64,000 nt of DNA, taken from an uncultured Acidobacteriota bacterium. Lineage in GTDB: Bacteria > Acidobacteriota > Thermoanaerobaculia > Gp7-AA8. The DNA lies in assembly GCA_963822445.1 (NCBI GenBank), contig CAWGHO010000002.1:640001-704000 (forward strand). Reading direction: 5' to 3'. The position numbers and the translations under genes were made by a program. The notes beneath the pieces are model-generated. The model saw only the letters and a program-made list of their open reading frames with translations. It made no database searches and was not told where the DNA came from. The first letter of the stretch is position 1. Every line of letters starts with the position of its first letter. Positions 63,376 through 64,000 of the stretch are shown in pieces.

Positions 63376-63963
63376 CTAATCACGTTTCGCGATCACCTGA
63401 TCGACGAGACCGTACTCCAGCGCCTCCGGCGCCTGCAGGATGTAGTCGCGGTCGGTATCCCGGTCGATCTTCTCGATCGGCTGCCCGGTGTGGTCGGCCA
63501 GGATCTGATTCAGCCGCGCCTTCATCCGCATGATGTCCTTGGCGTGGATCTCGATCTCGGTGGCCTGCCCGCCCAGCCCGTGCATCAGCGGCTGGTGAAT
63601 GAGGACCCGCGAGTTCGGAAGGCAGTAGCGCTTCCCCTTCGTTCCCGCGGCCAGCAGCACTGCCGCCATCGAGGCCGCCTGACCGATGCACATCGTGGCG
63701 ATGTTCGGTTTCACGTACTGCATGGTGTCGTAGATCGCCAGACCGGCCGTGATCGAGCCGCCCGGCGAGTTGATGTAGAGGAAGATGTCCTTTTCAGGAT
63801 TTTCCGCCTCGAGGAAGAGCATCTGGGCGATGACCAGGTTCGAGACGTTGTCGTCGATCGGCTGGCCGAGAAAAATGACGTTGTCTTTGAGCAGCCGCGA
63901 GTAGATGTCGTAGGCGCGCTCGCCTCGCGACGTCTGCTCCACGACCATGGGGATGAGCACCAT
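63376..63963 (-). CDS. clpP: ATP-dependent Clp protease proteolytic subunit
   Basis: [19 protein letters not shown] (Ser), IHQP (His) and DRD motifs. Confidence 0.98.
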   Translation of the reverse strand: MVLIPMVVEQTSRGERAYDIYSRLLKDNVIFLGQPIDDNVSNLVIAQMLFLEAENPEKDIFLYINSPGGSITAGLAIYDTMQYVKPNIATMCIGQAASMAAVLLAAGTKGKRYCLPNSRVLIHQPLMHGLGGQATEIEIHAKDIMRMKARLNQILADHTGQPIEKIDRDTDRDYILQAPEALEYGLVDQVIAKRD

Positions 63964-64000
63964 TAAAGTCTCCTTCCGGCGAATACTAACAGCGGCTACT

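Overview
High-GC bacterial chromosomal segment. Gene content (HYR/DUF11/IPTL-CTERM surface proteins, ECF sigma-Ser/Thr kinase pairs, VWA-like proteins) suggests Acidobacteriota, probably Thermoanaerobaculia-like; this is an inference. Housekeeping genes (glgP, kbl, purA, ugd/uxs, mlaEFD, PBP1, rho, yihA/engB, lon, clpX, clpP) are mixed with secreted-protein and signalling genes and a vapBC toxin-antitoxin pair. The main result is a complete IS110-family element (35239-36778) inserted into one arm of a REP-like inverted repeat. Its bridge RNA can be read directly from the left non-coding end: all four guide segments match the reconstructed target and donor. The target core (GT) and donor core (GC) differ, and the right-hand guides are unusually long. 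The second recurring signal is seven intergenic hairpins built from about four tandem 7-8-mers per arm, using five unrelated unit sequences but the same architecture; one brackets a small cargo gene. Also noted: a REP palindrome translated in frame inside a SNF2 helicase, a small secreted caspase-fold candidate beside a 792-aa unknown protein, and a frameshifted PHP/Ig/LTD gene. No rRNA, tRNA or CRISPR array was recognised. All assignments are by eye from motifs; no database searches were run.
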